From Octopus sinensis (Eukaryota): a DNA stretch of 64,000 bases. Under the pieces are notes generated by a model that saw only the letters and a program-made list of their open reading frames with translations, was not told where the DNA came from and ran no database searches. The translations under genes and the position numbers were made by a program. The stretch covers positions 36,580,001 to 36,644,000 of the forward strand of contig NC_043010.1 of assembly GCF_006345805.1 (NCBI RefSeq), in the 5' to 3' direction. Below are positions 37,090 to 50,769 of the stretch, in pieces (within the stretch, counting starts at the first letter, position 1; every line of letters starts with the position of its first letter).

Positions 37090-37465
37090 TTTTACTCTTG
37101 TACTTGTTTCAGTCATTTGACTGCGGCCATGCTGGAGCACTGCCCTTAGTCGAGCAGATCGACCCCAGGACTTATTTTTTGTAAGCCTAGTACTTATTCT
37201 ATCGGAATCTCTTTTGCCGAACCGGGGACGTAAACAAACCAGCATCGGTTGTCAAGCGATGGTGGAGGGACAAACACAGACACACAAACATATACACACA
37301 CATACACATATATATACATATATACGACGGGCTTCTTTCAGTTTCCGTCTACCAAATCCACTGACAAGGCCTTAGTAGTAAACTCTTGTCTAAGGTGCAA
37401 AGCTACGCTATGAGACTGAACCCAGAACCAACAAGCTTTTTGCCATGCAACCACGCCTGCGCCTA
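37090..37465 (-). mobile_element. SINE family A
   Basis: Tail, body and head (ccacgcctgcgcct), reversed. Confidence 0.88.
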
Positions 37466-37514
37466 AATATAAGTATATATGTATAGGTGTGTGTGTGTGT
37501 GTGTCTGTGTGTGT

Positions 37515-37554
<40 letters not shown>

Positions 37555-37815
37555 GTGTGTATATACTATTCTTATTTCTCTTAGGCGTAACGATGCTACT
37601 AACCTGGTTTGAAGTTCTGATGATGGTATAGGGTAGTACAAAAGAGTTTAGCTACGAGTGCATCACATCTTTAAGAGAAACAGCTGTAAGGTAATGGAAG
37701 TTTATGGTACAATTTCTTATTCCCTTGTCATTCTTATATACATATATAATTATACATATATATATATATATATAATATATATATATATACATATATATAT
37801 ATAATCTATATATAT

Positions 37816-37852
<37 letters not shown>

Positions 37853-38015
37853 GCGCATGCGTGGTTGTGTGGTAAGAAGCTTGCTTCCCAGCCATAGGTT
37901 CCTGGTTCAGTCCCATAGCGTAGCGTTACACTTGGGCAAGTCTTCTACTCTAGCCTCGGGCGACCAGACTCTTGTGAGTGGATTTGGTAGACGGAAACTG
38001 AAAGAAGTCAGCCAC
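37853..38015 (+). mobile_element. SINE family A, 5' half
   Basis: gcgtggttgtgtggtaagaagcttgcttcc..ggaaactgaaagaag. Confidence 0.85.
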
Positions 38016-38061
38016 ACATTTATATATATATAATATATATATATCGTATATAGATATATAT

Positions 38062-38108
<47 letters not shown>

Positions 38109-38161
38109 TATATATACATACATACATATATAGAGTTGCATAGATTAAACAGTTATATAAC

Positions 38162-38205
38162 AACCAACGTTTCGGCTGATATACCCTCCAGCCTTCATCA
38201 GGTGT
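38162..38205 (-). ncRNA. Minimal type I hammerhead motif (second family)
   Basis: Minus strand ACAC-CTGATGA-A-GGCTG(GAGGGTATAT)CAGCC-GAA-AC-GT-T-GGTT: intact core, 5-bp helix II, palindromic AACGTT helix III; helix I is imperfect. Confidence 0.65.
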
Positions 38206-38210
38206 GTAAT

Positions 38211-38491
<281 letters not shown>

Positions 38492-38983
38492 TTTATATGT
38501 ACGTATATACATACATACATACAAATACACACACACACACACATACACACACTCACACACGCACACACATATACACATGCATGTGTGGGGGTGTTCTTGG
38601 ATGCAATCGTCTCGCAGGATTCTCGATGTGATAGTCCGTGTTGAAAAACTAATAAACAGTTGTTATTCTATGTTTTAGAAGACTCGCTGTGGAATCGCTC
38701 TGCAAATATAAACACACGTACCGATGGTCGTTGTTGTTGTTGTTAACCCATTTGTTTATTAATCGTTTTTGTCAAAAGCTTTCGTTCCACCTCTGTAACC
38801 GTTTCAATGAACACTTTTCAAAAGAGAACTAAGAATGTACAAGAAAAATGCTTTGACTGATCGATTAATAAGAATATTAAAAAAAAAAAACGTGAACTAC
38901 GAGCAATGCGTTCATTTCTAATGGTCGAGTAAGTCTCCCATAATTTCAACATGATGTATCTGTATGAAGTATCTATCTGTCTG

Positions 38984-39027
<44 letters not shown>

Positions 39028-39289
39028 CTTTCATCTATCTATCTGTCTGTCTGTTCTGTCTGTCTGTCTGTTCTGTTATCTATCTATATTATCTATCTAT
39101 CTACTAATCTATCTATCTTATATATATATATATAATATATATCTAAGCAATAAGGGTTTAGCAACGAGTTGCCTTACCACATACGAATTTAGAAATAGCA
39201 GTCAAAGGGTTATAGCTATTTCTTCTACTAAAAAGGGAGATCTCAGTAAAAACAGCATTTGGAAGGCAGACACATATATATATATAGTT

Positions 39290-39479
39290 AATCCAAACAA
39301 GAAAACAAAAAAAACACAACAACGCAAGGACGTGGAACAAAAGAGTATTATTGGACGCTCAGGAAAGAAGGGAAGAAGGAGGGTTTAACGTTTCGAGCGG
39401 AGCTCTTCGTCGGAAACATAGGAGAAGGAAAGATCCCGAGAAGGGAAGACAGAGGAACAAAAATCGCCGGTGGTACTCA

Positions 39480-39480
<1 letters not shown>
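39290..39480 (-). mobile_element. PLE-like terminal repeat, same family as 14450-14640
   Basis: The reverse complement aligns through cctctgtcttcccttctc..gagcgtccaataatact..gttccacgtcct. Confidence 0.75.
39383..39417 (-). ncRNA. Hammerhead motif copy (U4C core variant)
   Basis: GTTT-CCGACGA-A-GAGC(TCC)GCTC-GAA-AC-GT-T-AAAC; all helices as in 14504-14538. Confidence 0.6.
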
Positions 39481-39516
<36 letters not shown>

Positions 39517-39532
39517 TTATCTATATATATAT

Positions 39533-39620
<88 letters not shown>

Positions 39621-39829
39621 TTCCCCCCAGTTTTCCCCTTCCAATCATAATCATTCAGTTCTCCCCATACTTAGCTTATCTAGAACTCAATTATCTGATG
39701 TCCTTCAGTTTTTCATAATTCTAAGCGAGATTCGGCTGCACTTTCTAGTAGATCGTACAACCACGTAGAGAGCCTTTTGAGTGGTTCGTACTTGTTGTTG
39801 TTGTTGTTGTTGCTGCTGCTGTGTTGCGT

Positions 39830-40430
39830 TAGTAATGGTGGTAATGTTTATATTGGTAAAGTGGCGGTGAGATAGTGTAGTAGCTAGTTGTTGCTTTGGT
39901 GGTAGTACAGATAGTAGTAGTAGTGGTGGCGGCGGCAGTGGTGATGGTGGTGGTTGTTGTTGTTGTTGCGGTGGTAGTACTTGTTAAGGCAGTGGTGGCC
40001 ACATTATTTTCGTTGTTGCTCTCATTGATGGTGGGGTGGTGGCCACGGCAGCGACAGTAGTGGTAGCGATGGTGCTGGTGGTGCTGGTGAGAGGCGTTTG
40101 TTAAGGTGGTGGTGGCGAAATTGCTTTTGTTTGCTGCTGTTACTGGTGGTGGTGGTAGTGGGTGGTGCCGGGTTGTAACGAAGGTAAAGGAGGGTAGCGA
40201 GGGAGGGGCGGTTGCCCCAAATGCTGGCTGCATTGACGAGGTAGGTGTACGATGGTGAAGAAAGCTAAGAATAGTTCTTGTAGAGAGGTGGTTGGGTGGG
40301 GGCAGCGGCGGCGGCGGCGGTGCTGATGGTGGTGGTGGTGGTGGTAGTGGTAGTTGTGGTGGTGGTGGTAATGGTAATGGTGGTGATGGTGGCGGCGGCG
40401 GCGGTTGTTTAGGTGGTGGGTGCTTATAAG
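39830..40430 (+). repeat. Degenerate (GGT)n tract
   Basis: Direct reading. Confidence 0.9.
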
Positions 40431-40549
40431 GTGCGCGTGAAGTAGTGAGGGAAATTTGCTCCAGACTCAAATACCAGCAGAGCCTGCATGCGCATTGCGC
40501 TGTGTGCCTGTGTATACGTTTGTGTGCATATGTATATGTTTGTTATATA

Positions 40550-40604
<55 letters not shown>

Positions 40605-40869
40605 ATATGTTATATTATATATATATATATATATATAGATATATATATATATGTATGTATGTATGTATGCATGCATATGCATATATACACGCATACACAC
40701 AATCACACACACACAGGCACATACACATATATGTATACATTGTATGTGTGTATGCATGTATGTGTATATAACAGCATATATGTCGCTCTGTGTGGTGTGT
40801 TTATGTGTGTATGCTGTTTTATAGGTCAGTAAGCATTTATCTAATGTGCGCGCGCGCATTTACGTACGT

Positions 40870-40908
40870 ACATTCATACATACATACATGCATACATACA
40901 TACATACA

Positions 40909-40942
<34 letters not shown>

Positions 40943-41125
40943 CGTACGTACATACATACATACATACATACATACATACATACATACATACATAAATACA
41001 TACATACATACATACATGCATGCATACATACATACATACATACTTACATACATACATACATACATGCATGCATACACACACATACATACATACACACATA
41101 CATACATACATACATACACACATAC

Positions 41126-41158
<33 letters not shown>

Positions 41159-41204
41159 CGTACGTACATACGTAGTACATATATGCATATACACGTACAT
41201 TCAT

Positions 41205-41243
<39 letters not shown>

Positions 41244-41460
41244 CATACATACATACTTTCATGCATACATGCATATATACATACGTACGTACGTACATGC
41301 ATACATGCATACAAACGTACGTACATTTATACATACATACATACATACACATACATACATACATACATGCATACATATGTACGTAAATTTATACATGCAT
41401 ACATACATACATACATACATACTACATACATACATACATACATACATACATACATACATA
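40870..41460. repeat. (TACA)n compound microsatellite
   Basis: Direct reading. Confidence 0.95.
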
Positions 41461-41573
41461 CACACTGATAGTTGTCTCGAGAGTAATGCAAAAGTGGGCA
41501 TAACTTTTTTTTAACTAAAATAGGGCGTTCAAATGGTTCGCGTTGCTAGGGCAAGTCTTCCTTTACAACATCT

Positions 41574-41650
<77 letters not shown>

Positions 41651-41879
41651 TTGCAAAGCAATAAGCCGCATGCAGAAGCAACGTGCTGTCATTGAAATTC
41701 TCGGAGTAGCTGTGTGTACGGATTGTCCGGCATACACCAAGGGCTACTGTTTGCTGACGTACTTGACTCCTCTGACGACTACAATGTGCACAGATGGTTG
41801 AATAAGTTTAACTCTTCAGCATTCAGGTTACTCAGGCGAATGCATTGCTTATCTATTCTCATTGTTTCAAATTGTTTCA

Positions 41880-42240
41880 AGCGCAGGCGTGGCTGTGTGG
41901 TAAGAAGTTTGCTTCCCAACCACATGGTTCCGAGTTCAGCCCCGCTGCGTGTTAACTTGAGTAAGCGTCTTCTACTATAGCCTCTGGCCGACCAAAGCTT
42001 TATGAGTGGATTTGGTAGACGGAAACTGAAAGAAGCCCATCGTATATACATATATGTGTGTATGTTTATGTGTACGTTTGTCTCCCCAACATCGCTTGAC
42101 AACCGATGTTGGTGTGTTTACGTTCCCGTAACTTAGTGGTTCAACAAAGGAGCCCGATAGAATAAATACTAGGTTTACAAAGGATGAGTACTGGGGTCGA
42201 TTCTTTCGATTAAAAGGCGGTGCTCCAGCATGGTCGCAGT
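41880..42240 (+). mobile_element. SINE family A
   Basis: gcgcaggcgtggctgtgtggtaag..ggtgctccagcatggtcgcagt. Confidence 0.9.
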
Positions 42241-42299
42241 TGTTCCTTCTCCCTTCTCACTCCCTTTGTTTATTTCCCTCATCCTTTCTCTTGTTCCCC

Positions 42300-42570
42300 T
42301 TCCCTTCTGACTATTGCTCACACGTGACTACAGGCAATTTCTTTGGCCTCAGTCTTTTCTGGATGAGACGTCCATCCCAGGGATGCAATTCTGTGCAGAG
42401 CCGACCAAGTCCACAGGGGCTCTCCCATCGTTGGCTTTCCCGTGCCATCCTTTCTGCATCCTCTAAAGTGACGTCGAGCCTTTGGAGATCTTCCCCAACC
42501 ACGTCTAGCCATCTGGTGCGGGGCCTATCACGAGGCCTCTTCCGATCCGCATTGGCCGGATATGGTTAGC
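42300..42570 (-). mobile_element. RTE-clade LINE 3' end
   Basis: RKRPRDRPRTRWLDVVGEDLQRLDVTLEDAERMARESQRW. Confidence 0.8.
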
Positions 42571-43235
42571 TTAAATGTTAAGGGCTTAACGGAGCAATAA
42601 CCAATGCTGAGAACAAGCTTTGAAACGGGAGACAATCAACTGACACGAATTGCCTGCGATGGGGCGAACAGATTCGCTCAGCCAAACTAGCCACAATCCT
42701 GGTGCTTGTTGCATTACTTGATTTTGGTCAGAATGTATTGTTAGTAAATGGTTGAAGATTTTGGGTATTAGTAAGCGGGTGCAAAGTGAATCATTTAGCA
42801 GCTGAAGAAGAGGGTGGAAGTCGGCTCTGATCTGCTGGAAATGTTTGGAGTCAATGAAGACATATTTTGTTTTTCGATCTAGTGACAAAGGATGAAATGT
42901 GACCGCATCTTTATGATCTAGAAGAAGCTGAGCTACATTTCAAGGAATGGCGTCACACTTCTTCCTCAAATTTCAAAATCCTCAATAGCCGGTGATCGAC
43001 ACAGAAAGCTATGTTGGTTCTTTTAAAAAGACATGAGTGTCCTTCTCCTCGATTTTCAGGAACGTGGTTTTACCGGGAACAGAAAAACTCAGAGAAGCCA
43101 TTAGGAGGAAGAAATCGAGGAAGATTACGAAACACTCCAGGGTCACCGTAATAATTCGTAACCAGAAACATTTTTGAAAACAAATCAAGCAATCATCAAA
43201 CTGGGTTGGTCAGTGGTCTCCACTCCATCATACTG

Positions 43236-43545
43236 ACACTCTGTCGGTCACGACGATGAGGCTTCCAGTTGATCCGATCAACGGGACAGCCTGCTCGTGA
43301 AATTAATGTGCAAGTGGCTGAGTATTCCACAGACACGCGTACCCTTAACGTAATTGTCGGGGAGATTCAGGATGTGACAAGGCTGTCCCTTTTGAATTAC
43401 AGGTACAATTGATTTTTGTCAACTGAGTAGACTGAAGCAATGTTAAATAAAGTGTCTTGCTCAAGGACACGACGCGACGCCGGGAATCGAACTCAGGACC
43501 TTACTATCGTGAGCCGAATACCCTAACCACTGAGCCCCGTGCCTA
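43236..43545 (-). mobile_element. SINE, family C body with a variant head
   Basis: gtcacgacgatgaggcttccagttgatccgatcaacgg..; the reversed head carries gagttcgattccc. Confidence 0.85.
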
Positions 43546-44321
43546 CGCTAATCCGTCATAAAAACCGATTCTGGTGCCCTCCGTCGTCTACAAATTCGGT
43601 CCAATGAAGGACAGTTTTTGTGTTCCGTCACTGATGACACAAACAAGGTGAGTGGAAAGAAGGATGTGCAACAGTGCAGACCTGGTTATTTTCAAAGAGA
43701 ATTCGGAAGTTGAGTTCAACGATGGGGCAAATACATGACTTGAGATGGAACCTATGTGAGCAGAGCCTTTATGTAGAGAACGAGTTACTTCACTAAAATG
43801 GGCAACTCGACCGTCCTGTGTCAGTTAATAAAAAAAAACAGGCCCAATTTTGCATTAGTTTCAGTACAATCCTTGGGTGTGTGTGTGAGAGAGAGAGAAG
43901 GGGTGATAGGGGAATGAGAGAGGGGGTGATAGAGGGATGAGAGAGGGGGTAAGAGAGAGGGGCTGAGAGAGAGAGCGAATGTAACGATCTTCTCATGAAT
44001 AACAAAAAGAAATTGGCTCTTAGAAACGAGAAGGGTTCGACGGAAAAATATGAAAAAAAAATAACAAAACGATACAATGGTTACGCAGACATACTCAACT
44101 CTTCATCAGTTATCGCTCAAATATCTGTCCGATTTCGACACCTTATGATAAGATTGTTCAATTGGTCAGTGTTAGCAACTTAAGTAGCTGGAACATGACA
44201 TAAAGAAGCGGATATGAAAGACGAATACGTACAGAGAAGAAAAGACAAGTATTTCAACAAAAGACGATATCTGACAACGCGGAAATGGAAAATATTTTAC
44301 ATTCAATACTATCTGTCTGTG

Positions 44322-44570
44322 TGGAGGTGCGTGGCTTAGTGGTAGGGTGTCAGCACCATGATCGTAAAATTGTGGTTTCGATTCCTAGACTGGGCGACGC
44401 GTTGTGTTCTTGAGCAAAACACTTCATTTCACGTTGCTCCAGTCCACTCAGCTGATAAAAATGAGTAACGCTGCAATGGACTGGCGTCCCGTCCAGCTGG
44501 GGAACACATACGCCATTGAAACCGGGAAACCGGGCCCATGAGCCTGGCCAGGCTTTAAACGGGCGCATTT
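44322..44570 (+). mobile_element. SINE family D
   Basis: gtggaggtgcgtggcttagtgg..ttcttgagcaaaacacttcatttcacg. Confidence 0.88.
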
Positions 44571-45309
44571 ATTTATTTTCTTTTTTTACTATCTGTCTGT
44601 GTACATGAATGCTCCTAAGCAGATTACAGCTTGTTAGATGTTTGCTTATCCAAGACCTTTCGCTTTATTTATATCGAGACTTATAATCACACATTTATAT
44701 GCGTATCGAAAAATATCGGTAAATTTTCCACTGCTTTTCTGCTGCAATCGCACTAAGAACTCTGGCATCATCTGTGTACCGAAATCCAATAACTGATCTA
44801 GTTAGGATCTTTGTTCTTCTGGCACGAATCTTGTGTCAGGGTTGAATAACTTCGCCATCTGTACGTTATGAGATCTGGATGCTAGGTAGGTGTTGGCTCA
44901 TACTGAGTACTAGCTGAGAGGAAAATGAAAAAAATAGTGTGAAGCAAATTATTGCATATCTACACATTACACCGGTTCTCACTTCAAACTGATCTTATGG
45001 AAGACTGGCACTCTACATTGGCCTTTCATGTTCTGCCAGAAGCCGCGAGATTACAAAGGATTTTTTTTTCTTTTCTTTTAATTAGCTGCCAAGTTTGGTT
45101 AGCACTTTTCACAGAGCTTCACAATTTGCGGTATGAAATGCATTGGCGAGGTCAAAGAAAGCCATTTTTCAAACGTTTCTGCTGCTTGTTGTTATTTCTC
45201 CTGGAACTGGCAAGAACAGAAGTTTATATAAATAGTGGCTCTGGAAGGCCGCAAACCAGTTTGGGTTGTAGCTAGGTGATTCTCCGGTAGTGCGAGCAGT
45301 CGGTTAAAT

Positions 45310-45553
45310 ATATATGTGTATATATATATATATATACATTTACACATACATATACATATATATATATACATATACATATATATATATGTATATATGTATA
45401 TACATATATATATATATATATATAATATATATGTATATATGTATGTATATGTATATATATATGTATATACATATAATATAGAATATATATATAATATACA
45501 TTACATATATACATATATATACATATATATATACATATACATATATATATATG

Positions 45554-45584
<31 letters not shown>

Positions 45585-45778
45585 GTATTTATGTATGTAT
45601 ATGTATATATATATATGTATGTATGTATGTATATACGCGCACACGCACACACACGCACGTATATATGTATATTTGTATATTATACCACACACGCATAAGG
45701 GTATGTACACGTGTGTGACCGTGTGTGTATATGTATAAACATATATGTGTTTGTACATAAGTTACTTATTCAGTTACG

Positions 45779-45824
<46 letters not shown>

Positions 45825-45878
45825 TAGATAGATATATAAATATATGTGTATAAATACACACACATACACATAATATAT

Positions 45879-45924
<46 letters not shown>

Positions 45925-45960
45925 CTTAGATGGATAGAGTATATTTACATATATTTATAC
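45310..45960. repeat. (TA)n-rich tract
   Basis: Direct reading. Confidence 0.95.
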
Positions 45961-46024
45961 ACATATAAATATACATACATACTTTCATAAATGCTATTAT
46001 ACACACGCTCACATATGTGCACGC

Positions 46025-46270
46025 ATACAGTGGGCTCAAATGCCACGGTATCCATTTCTCCAACGGCGCTCTAACCACGCCCATCACACCTACCATTTTC
46101 TAACTCAATGAATCTCAAATTTTCAATCATGCATATCACGTAATCGATTTGGATCTGATTTCAAATCCCGCTGGAGTGACTTTGATTTCTATTTCGTGGA
46201 ATTCCGATCGATAAAATAATTAGTAATTTTCATGTTGTGAGATCAAACCCCAGCGGGATTATGTGTGATC
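46025..46270. mobile_element. Probable DNA-transposon relic
   Basis: Begins TA-CAGTGGG; internal inverted repeat aatcccgctgg..tttgat / atcaaa..ccagcgggatt. No partner TIR found. Confidence 0.4.
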
Positions 46271-46356
46271 TCAGGACCTCTTGGGGGAGGGTTAGATAAA
46301 GCAAAGTATATTATTATACTGAAGTTATTTTAATCCTGGGTGTTACTATGTTTCTC

Positions 46357-46359
<3 letters not shown>

Positions 46360-46427
<68 letters not shown>

Positions 46428-46770
46428 GCACCCTTTCTTTCTTTTTTCTCTCTCTCTCCTCTTTCACTCTTAAGCGCCTTTTTCAATCTCTATTTCTCTT
46501 TCCTTATTCGTTCCTTTTATCTCTCTCCCTCTCCTTGTCTCTCCTTCTCCCTATATCCCTTTCTCTTTCTCCCGTTCTCTTCCTTTTCTCCTTCTCTATC
46601 CCTGTCTATCTCTGCCTGTTTGTTATTCCCCTCTCTCTCTCTCTCTCTCTCTCACACATAGTCCCTCTCTCTCTCACTCTTTCTCACTCTTTCTCACACA
46701 CACATACAGTCTCTTTCTCTCACACACACACAGTCTCTCTCTCTTTCCATTCCTCTCTCTCATTCTCTCC
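46360..46770. repeat. (CT)n-rich polypyrimidine tract
   Basis: Direct reading. Confidence 0.9.
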
Positions 46771-47036
46771 CATCATCAGACGAAATGGAAGGCCTCTTTT
46801 CATTAGGACATTTGAACTTAACCAAATTACAAGCACGGGAGCATACACATACGCACACACATACACATACACACACATACACACGCATGCATATGTATGT
46901 TCATATGTGTGTATGCATGCATGTCTGTGCATGAGTATAATATGGACGTACGAACATGTAGCATGCATGTATTGTAAACATGCATATATGTATGCATGTA
47001 TGTACGTACGTATCTTTGTATGAATATATGTATGTA

Positions 47037-47610
47037 CAGGGTGGCCTAAAAGTAGGTGTACAGTTATTCAACTATCACTTTCGCATTTATATAGTAACAG
47101 TTTAGATCTTAATTATAAAAGAGAGCGCAAACCTCCGCCAAGGCGACACCAATGTCCTCTCAACGATTAGCCGAAGATGATTTTTAAAGTGAGAATATCT
47201 GAAATAAATTTGGCTGCCTTCACAAACTAAAATACTAAAAATGAACCCGATCGCTTTCAAAAATTAAGTTGAAAATCAGTAAAAATAATCCAGAATCCAT
47301 GTCCGGTACAGGATCGATCCCAAAATTTAATCAGTTGGTGCCAGTCACGAAGCAAAACATGCCCGAAATTTTCATCCGAATTATCTTGAGATATCTTGTC
47401 CATGGACAAACAAACACGACTGAAAACAATACCTCCACCTTCGCTATGGTGGAGGTAAAAATATGAAACCATCATTCTATGCTAATCCAGTTAATTTTGT
47501 CAAGCTCCCTTTTCAGTTTGTAAGATAGAAATTTAAATGTAATAAAAATATTTTAAAAGAAATTTAAAGTGCCTACGTGATAAATGTAAACCTATTTTTG
47601 GAGCAGCCTG
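47037..47610. mobile_element. Tc1/mariner-type MITE with TA TSD, interrupted by a HINE-like element
   Basis: TA|cagggtggcctaaaagtagg ... cctatttttggagcagcctg|TA; an uninterrupted partial sister copy lies at 36919-37080. Confidence 0.75.
47120..47458 (-). mobile_element. Helentron/HINE-like element
   Basis: Terminal palindrome tacctccacc-ttcgctat-ggtggaggta (47430-47457) and gagagcgcaaacctccgccaagg at the other end; inserted in an A/T run. Confidence 0.7.
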
Positions 47611-47669
47611 TATCATTCATGCAGGCAGGTAGGTATGCATGTACGTACGGGTGCATATATATATATATC

Positions 47670-47706
<37 letters not shown>

Positions 47707-48267
47707 AAGTGCATGAATGATCCAAAGTATACTCTACGTGTGTACGAGTGTTCAGTTCTGTGGCTCATGCATATATTCCAATAGCGCCTGTGTATGCGCA
47801 TGTGTACATATATACATGCATGCATACACTTATACACATCTGCATAGACGCATAAACCCACACATGCACACACACATACGTACATGCATGCATGCATACA
47901 TGCATGCATACATACATGCATGCTACATGTTCAGACATCTGTATCATACTCGTGTATAGACAAGCATACATACGAACATACCAATGCATGTATGTGTGCG
48001 TGTGTGTGTATGTATGTGTGTGTGTGTGTGCGTACGACTATGCGCGCGTGCTTGTAATTTGGTTAAGTTTAAATGTCATAAGGAAAATGTACCCCCTAAA
48101 ATCCCTGGATTTTCCAAATCATATTTGTAATATCCTATGGATGGGGGAATGCAACAAGTAGAACATTAGCTATGTGGAAACGTACGTAGCAACGCATTAA
48201 AGTATTTATGAATTTCCACCGAAAGGTTCGAGCTATTACTATGTCTGTCTGTCTGCCCGTGTGTCTG

Positions 48268-48336
<69 letters not shown>

Positions 48337-49099
48337 ATATATATATATATATAAAGTCAGGAGGTATGAGAGATAAATATATTTATTTAGCCACATGAAT
48401 TCCTTAAGATTACGGCCGTTTCGCAGCCTTCATGAATCATTTACATAAAGCATATATGATACAATGTAATACATGCATGCATACATATATACATACATAC
48501 ATACATACATACATACATACATACATACTACATACATACACACACACACACACATATATATATATGTATATACATATATATAAATTTATATTTGTATCGC
48601 ATATTCTTTATGTGCGCATGTCGTGTGTGTGTGTGTGTGTGTACTTAAGTATCAGTGTATATATATGTTTCATCTTGTGTACGTGTGTGGAGTGGAGATT
48701 GCGAGAGGACATCGGATTTGATGTTTAAAAGCTCAGAGTTAAGTATGTATGTATGTATGTATGTATGTATGTATGTATGTATGTATGTATGTATGTATGT
48801 ATTGTATGTATGCATGCATGTATGTATATAAGTATGCTTGTATGTATGTAATGTGTTGATGTACATATATGCATGTAAATGTGTTATACATGTATACATA
48901 CATATAAACATTCATATACATATATGTATACATATGTATATATATATGTGTGTGTTTATATTTACATATATATTATATATGCATATATATGTATATATAT
49001 GCATATATTTAAATGTATGTGCATGTACGTTTGTGTGCATGTATGCATTAACATGTGGATCTGTGGATGATGAGAGGAGTATAAGGAGGCCGAGTGGGG

Positions 49100-49524
49100 T
49101 GAGAGGAGGACTTGGGTGGATGTAGGGGGACGGGGTGTCGATGATGAGGTCGTGGGGTGGGGTGGTGTTGGTGGGGGCGATGCGGTTGTTGTGGAACTAG
49201 CTGCAGTTGTGATGGTGGTGTTTATTTTACTGTGGCTGTTGTTGTTGTTGTTGTTTTGGTGGTGGTGGTGGTGGTGTTGTTGTTGTTTTGGTGGTGGTGG
49301 TGTGTATGTAGCAGATGAAGTTTCGTATGAAGTGAAATGTGGGTTGGCATTGAGAATGGGATACGGTGAGGGAGGGCAGGAGAGCTAGAGGAACATGTGT
49401 GTGTTTGTGTGTGTGTGTGTGTGCGTGCGTATGTATGTATGTTTTCCAAATAAGTTTATCTTTCTTTATGTATGTATATATATATTTGTTTATTTTTTCT
49501 GTTTTCCATTTTGATCTGCCTATA

Positions 49525-49566
<42 letters not shown>

Positions 49567-49578
49567 CATATTTATGTG

Positions 49579-49647
<69 letters not shown>

Positions 49648-49792
49648 ATGCGTGTATGTGTATGTAAGATAAGGTGCGCTGTCAGTTTGGAGGGAAGCCT
49701 ACATTTAGATAAGGCGCGTGTTTCGACAGAGGAAAAAAATGTTTTAAAAAGACCGATGCTTTGATGGAAAGAGAAGGATAAAAAGAGAGAAC

Positions 49793-49835
<43 letters not shown>

Positions 49836-50047
49836 TGAGAGAGAGAGATAACGAGGGAGAGAGAGAATGAGGGAGAGAATGAAAGTCGGATTGGAAGAAA
49901 GAAGGAAAGAAAATTAGGACTTGGGTTATTGGACTAGAGTGGAGAAGAGAAAAGAAAACTGACGTAGGGGTGGGGATTGGTGGGAACCTATGGTGCGGAT
50001 AGGGTTGGGGGTTGGACGTGTGGGTTGTCGGATGGAAGAAAAACATA

Positions 50048-50088
<41 letters not shown>

Positions 50089-50570
50089 GAAAAAGAAGGA
50101 AAGGAAGAAGACACAGAAATTTGGACAGGGTGGTGGTGGTGGTGGCGGTGGTGGTAGTAGTTGTATGTTGCGGAAAGGTGTGAGGCTGGGTGTATGGTGG
50201 TCGGGTGGCATGAAAGAAAGACAGAAAGAACGAACGAACGAACGAACGAAAGATACGAATGCTTAGGCAGGTTGTTGTAGTTGTTGCTGTTGGTGTGGTA
50301 GTGGTGGTGGTGGTGGTGGTGGTGGTGGTCGTGTCGTCGTCGTCGTGATGGTGTTGGTGGTGATAGTGTTAATGGTAGTGATGGTGCTGGTATAGGTGGT
50401 GCTGATGATGAATGTAGAGTTTATGGTGCTGGTAACGGTGTTGTTGTTGTTGCTGTTGCTGTAGGTGGTGGTATTAATGGCATTGATACAGGTGATGGTG
50501 ATGGTGATGATGATGGTGATGGTGATGATAACAGTGGTAAGTGGTGGTGGTGATGATGGCGGTGGGATGT
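49100..50570 (+). repeat. Composite low-complexity region (GGT/GAT, TA/TG, GA, GAAA tracts)
   Basis: Direct reading. Confidence 0.9.
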
Positions 50571-50769
50571 TGCGATGAGATGGAATAAGAATGTGTTGGT
50601 CGGGTAGAAAAAAAGCAAAAAAAAAAGTTAACCATGGACCAGGGTGGAATGGGAAGTAGCGAAGAGAAACAAAACAAAGCAAAACAAAGCCGAATAGATA
50701 GAAAAATAGAATGGATATGCATACATACACACACACACACACACACAACACACACACACATATATATAT

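Larger units (their letters stand above)
41660..43780 (+). mobile_element. Old mariner transposase relic split by three younger insertions
   Basis: MQKQRAVIEIL..NVHRWLNKF (41665-41810); LVTKDEM*PHLYDLEE..EWRH and EKLREAIRRKK (42870-43130); RIRKL..RWGKY..GTYV (43700-43770). Confidence 0.7.

Noticed and set aside
38756-38871. ~23-bp imperfect inverted repeat
   Set aside because: AT-rich, short, no TSD and no second copy; at most an old MITE relic.
44720-44910. Minus-strand FRYTDD and PLS..ANTYL resembling a Penelope RT
   Set aside because: The motifs lie in different frames with several stops and poor spacing; this cannot be told from chance without a profile search.
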